Source of the DNA: Candidatus Thorarchaeota archaeon
GTDB lineage: Archaea > Asgardarchaeota > Thorarchaeia > Thorarchaeales > Thorarchaeaceae
Direction of reading: 5' to 3'
Assembly (NCBI GenBank): GCA_048884965.1
Contig: JBHLQH010000024.1
Coordinates: forward strand, 1-47,633
Length of the DNA: 47,633 nt
Shown here: positions 47,562 to 47,633 of the stretch, piece after piece
How the letters are laid out: every line of letters begins with the position of its first letter
How positions within the stretch are numbered: position 1 is the first letter of the stretch
Made by a program: the position numbers and the translations under genes
Notes under the pieces: generated by a model
What the model saw: the letters and a program-made list of their open reading frames with translations, nothing else
The model's database searches: none
Told to the model about the DNA's origin: nothing

Positions 47562-47633
47562 CTAGCCACCGCACCCTCCACATCCTCCACAACCTCCACA
47601 TCCTCCGCAGCCACTACAGCCACTGCATCCACC
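47562..47633 (-). CDS. 3' end of an unannotated Cys/Gly-repeat ORF (...GGCSGCSGCGGCGGCGGCGGCGG*), candidate RiPP precursor; 5'-truncated by window edge
   Basis: Minus strand reads ggt gga tgc agt ggc tgt agt ggc tgc gga gga tgt gga ggt tgt gga gga tgt gga ggg tgc ggt ggc TAG. Variation is mostly at third codon positions. The stop lies 3 nt before the radical SAM ATG. Confidence 0.8.
   Translation of the reverse strand, partial: GGCSGCSGCGGCGGCGGCGGCGG

Noticed and set aside
47565-47633. CCTCCACA-like repeats read as a microsatellite, telomere-like repeat or CRISPR edge
   Set aside because: The unit is 9 nt with variation mostly at synonymous positions of a Cys-Gly-Gly frame, and there are no spacers. 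It is best explained as coding.
1-47633. Genome-wide TAG recoding suggested by two in-frame TAG junctions
   Set aside because: tbp, the ABC ATPase and other complete genes end normally at TAG, and no conserved gene is interrupted by TAG.

Overview
Gene-dense archaeal chromosomal window of about 38 CDS. TBP, an archaeal COG2522-type regulator and many secreted or C-terminally membrane-anchored proteins mark it as archaeal. The overall style suggests an Asgard archaeon, probably Thorarchaeia (inference, not verified). No rRNA, tRNA, CRISPR array or transposase was recognised. Contents: a type VII (MacB/LolCDE-like) ABC operon with three FtsX-type permeases, asnS, tbp, a sirtuin, a lactate permease, a FadH-like oxidoreductase, several surface proteins, an HTH-iscS-iscU operon and a radical SAM/SPASM gene. 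Main candidates: (1) at the right edge, an unannotated ORF ending GG-CSG-CSG-(CGG)5-stop lies 3 nt upstream of the radical SAM/SPASM gene, a candidate archaeal RiPP precursor-maturase pair; (2) an IscS homolog that lacks the PLP Schiff-base Lys and the stacking His but keeps the loop Cys, with an acidic/His tail and a Cys-rich regulator in the IscR position; (3) four tandem TATA-like boxes directly upstream of tbp; (4) a ~1930-aa secreted protein with a caspase/CHAT-like His-Cys dyad and seven Ig-like repeats; (5) a small ubiquitin-like beta-grasp candidate lacking the GG tail; (6) a pseudoknot-capable intergenic element downstream of iscU. All family calls come from motif reading, not database searches.
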